From a virus (Duplodnaviria > Caudoviricetes), in IMG/VR virus record IMGVR_UViG_3300032261_000065, positions 1 to 26,048 of that record: a DNA stretch of 26,048 nucleotides; one strand, written 5' to 3'. The number at the start of each line of letters is the position of its first letter. Within the stretch, counting starts at the first letter, position 1. This document shows positions 23,865-26,048 of the stretch, in pieces. A program made the translations under genes and the position numbers. The notes under the pieces were generated by a model that was not told the origin of the DNA, did not search any database, and saw only the letters and a list, made by a program, of their open reading frames with translations.

Positions 23865-26048
23865 GTGGCTGATTCGCTGGTGGTCGCCGGGCAGATCGAA
23901 CTGCTGGGCGCCGTGGGCGGGGTGCCGTCGCTGATCCCGGCGTGCGCCGGGGCGGTGTTCACCCTGGCCGACCCGTACGACATGGGCGCCCCGCAGCCGG
24001 TGGTGGACCTGCTCGCCGGGGGGCTGCTGGACGGGGAGCGGCCCATCGGCCGCCGGTCGTCCAACCGGACGATCTCGCTGAACGTGAAGATCGCCGCGCC
24101 CGACCGGGGGACGCTCGCGGCGGCGCGGGAGGTGCTGCTGCAACTGTGCGATGAGGACTTCTGGCAACTGATCTGGACCCACGACGGCGGCCTGCCGCTG
24201 GTGTTCGACTGCTTCCGCGCGCTGCCCGCCCAGCCGGCCAACGCCCTGTTCGAGGAGCAGGGGCTCGTGTCGCGGCTCATCGTGTCGTTCCCGGCGCTGC
24301 CCTACGGCCGGTCGGATGTGGCGGTGCCGGTGGCGCTGACGGCGCCGAGCCAGTATTTCGATATCCCGCTGGCCCCGGTGACGCTGGACAACTACGGCAC
24401 CGCGACCAACTGGCTCGGGCAGGCGAACACGGCCGGCGGGGCGGACGCGTCCACGTTCGAGGGCGGGATCGCCAACTGGGTCGCGGCGGGGAACTGCACG
24501 ATCGCCCGGACCACGGCGCAGGCGCACGCCGGCGTGGGGGCGCTGGCGATCACGGCCACGGCCGCCGCGACGATGGCGGCGGCGTCGTGCGCAGCCGCCT
24601 CGGTCGTGGATAACCCGCCGGCGGCGCCGTCTCAGGCGATGGCGTGCCTGCCGGGCGACACGGTCAGCGTCGGCGGCTGGTTCCGCGCCGCCACCACCGG
24701 CCGGGCCAGCAACGTCGGCGCGGACTTCTACGACGGCACGGGTGCGTTCATCTCCACGCTGCGCGGCGCGAACATCACCTCGGTGACGACCGGGTGGACG
24801 CAGGCCACCGGGGCGGTGACCGCGCCCGCCGGGGCGGCGTGGTGCCGGCAGACGCCGCAGATCGTCACCCCGGCCAGCGGCGAGGTGCACTACTACGACG
24901 ACGGGTCGATGAACCGGGGGCCGGTGTACTCAGCGGTGGACCCGGCCCAGTGGATCTCCTCCACGGTGACGGCGATCTCGGGGCAGAAGTCGGCCAAGTG
25001 GCCACGGGTGAATAACGACTGCCCGACCTATGACCAGACGCTCCCGGCGGCGGTGGACACCACCGGGCGGGCCAAGCTGACGTTCTGGCTGGGCCTGGCC
25101 ACCACGACGCAGAGCTTCGCCCACTGGCACGAGGGCGCGGTGCATTTCGCGGTGAGCCTGTACGACGCCACCGGCAACGTGATCAGTTTCAGCGACCACC
25201 AAAAGTGCATGGCGTCGGCGCTGGACGCCAAGCCGCACTGGCAACTGCTCACCACCCACATCCCCCAAGGGGTGTCCGGGTTCGACTACACCACGATCTC
25301 GCGGTACGTGCTGACGGTGTGGAACCTGGTCGGCGTCACCAAGCCGCCGCAGCCGGGTGGCCCGACCACGGCGTTTCAGGTCCTCCAGGCGACGGCGTAT
25401 TTCGGCCAGTTCCAGGCGGCCGACACCTCCACCGGGTCGCCGGTCAACCGGGGCGCGCTGTACCAGCTTCCGGGGATCATCGGGTCGGCGCGCTCCCCGC
25501 TCCAGGTGCAGTGCTCGCCCGGCCAGGCGTCATTCTCATCGACGGCGCTGTTCACCACGGTGGGCTCCAACAACTGGCCCGGCCCGGCCGGGGTGACGGT
25601 GGTGGACAAGGCCGAGTCGTGGGCGGGCAGCGGCGGCGGGGCGTCCGGGACGACGCTCGGCGGCAACCCCGGCGGCGGCGCCGGCGGCGGCGGGTACGCG
25701 CTGAAAAAGGCGGTGCCCGTCACCCCGGCGACGGTGTATCACCCGTTCGTCGGCGCGGCCGGGACCGGGGACACCAGCGGCGCGGGTGTCAACAACGCCA
25801 CCGGGGGCGGGGACTCCTATTTCATCGGCGACTCGGGGGCGCAGAGCTACGCGTACGGCGGTATGCGCGGGTGGAAGGGCTCCACGCCCGGCGGCGGCAA
25901 GGGCGGCGCGGGGCTCGGGGATGTGGTCAACCCCGGCGGCGACGGCTACCAGGCGAACATCAACAACGTCAACGACGGCGGCGGCGGCGGCTCCTCGGGC
26001 GGGCCGGGCGCACCGGGTAACAACGCGCCTGGCCGGGGCGGCGGCGGG
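23865..26048 (+). CDS. Distal tail (Dit-like) / minor tail protein with CBM-like inserts and glycine-rich domain (3'-truncated; absent from the ORF track)
   Basis: GTG 23865 after GAGG; my translation stays open to the window end: MADSLVVAGQIELLG...DGERPIGRRSSNRTISLNVKI...FPALPYGRS, then STFEGGIANW...AQAHAGVGALAI...GWTQATGAVTAPAGAAW...YYDD, then GGGAGGGGY Gly-rich region. Confidence 0.82.
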   Translation, partial: MADSLVVAGQIELLGAVGGVPSLIPACAGAVFTLADPYDMGAPQPVVDLLAGGLLDGERPIGRRSSNRTISLNVKIAAPDRGTLAAAREVLLQLCDEDFWQLIWTHDGGLPLVFDCFRALPAQPANALFEEQGLVSRLIVSFPALPYGRSDVAVPVALTAPSQYFDIPLAPVTLDNYGTATNWLGQANTAGGADASTFEGGIANWVAAGNCTIARTTAQAHAGVGALAITATAAATMAAASCAAASVVDNPPAAPSQAMACLPGDTVSVGGWFRAATTGRASNVGADFYDGTGAFISTLRGANITSVTTGWTQATGAVTAPAGAAWCRQTPQIVTPASGEVHYYDDGSMNRGPVYSAVDPAQWISSTVTAISGQKSAKWPRVNNDCPTYDQTLPAAVDTTGRAKLTFWLGLATTTQSFAHWHEGAVHFAVSLYDATGNVISFSDHQKCMASALDAKPHWQLLTTHIPQGVSGFDYTTISRYVLTVWNLVGVTKPPQPGGPTTAFQVLQATAYFGQFQAADTSTGSPVNRGALYQLPGIIGSARSPLQVQCSPGQASFSSTALFTTVGSNNWPGPAGVTVVDKAESWAGSGGGASGTTLGGNPGGGAGGGGYALKKAVPVTPATVYHPFVGAAGTGDTSGAGVNNATGGGDSYFIGDSGAQSYAYGGMRGWKGSTPGGGKGGAGLGDVVNPGGDGYQANINNVNDGGGGGSSGGPGAPGNNAPGRGGGG

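Larger units (their letters stand above)
1..26048 (+). mobile_element. Tailed phage/prophage (siphovirus-like) head and tail morphogenesis module, probably actinobacterial host
   Basis: Co-oriented prohead protease, HK97-fold capsid, adaptor, major tail protein, frameshifting tail chaperone, tape measure and Dit-like genes; very high GC; many GTG starts with overlapping stop/start codons. Confidence 0.96.

Noticed and set aside
23214-24890. 558-aa minus-strand ORF and the short alternative-frame ORFs from 23942 to 26020
   Set aside because: Explained by the tape measure gene and the unlisted + strand ORF starting at 23865

Overview
High-GC, actinobacterial-type siphovirus or prophage morphogenesis region, with all credible genes on the + strand. 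Order: a head-associated accessory cluster (truncated ORF, endonuclease VII, membrane protein, HExxH metallopeptidase plus small partner), a large multi-module HK97-type prohead protease and the HK97-fold major capsid protein. A ~9 kb insert follows (GT4-FkbM fusion, methyltransferase, beta-rich structural proteins, Ala-rich protein carrying a clan GH-A glycosidase domain). Then come the head-tail adaptor, tail terminator, major tail protein, tail chaperones with a GGGAAAA -1 frameshift, a gp10-like protein, a basic His-rich protein, the tape measure protein (51-aa repeats, atypical M23-like and lytic transglycosylase domains) and a truncated Dit-like tail protein. The most striking feature is a shared peptide motif, R-(A)-F-[ND]-P-x-[EH]...G-[KHQ]-[WF], present five times in four otherwise unrelated genes, twice inside the prohead protease, and always right after an Arg. 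This suggests a protease-processed, capsid-packaged cargo/effector system (inference). Family calls are from motif recognition only; no searches were run. No integrase or att site is in the window, so prophage versus free phage cannot be decided.
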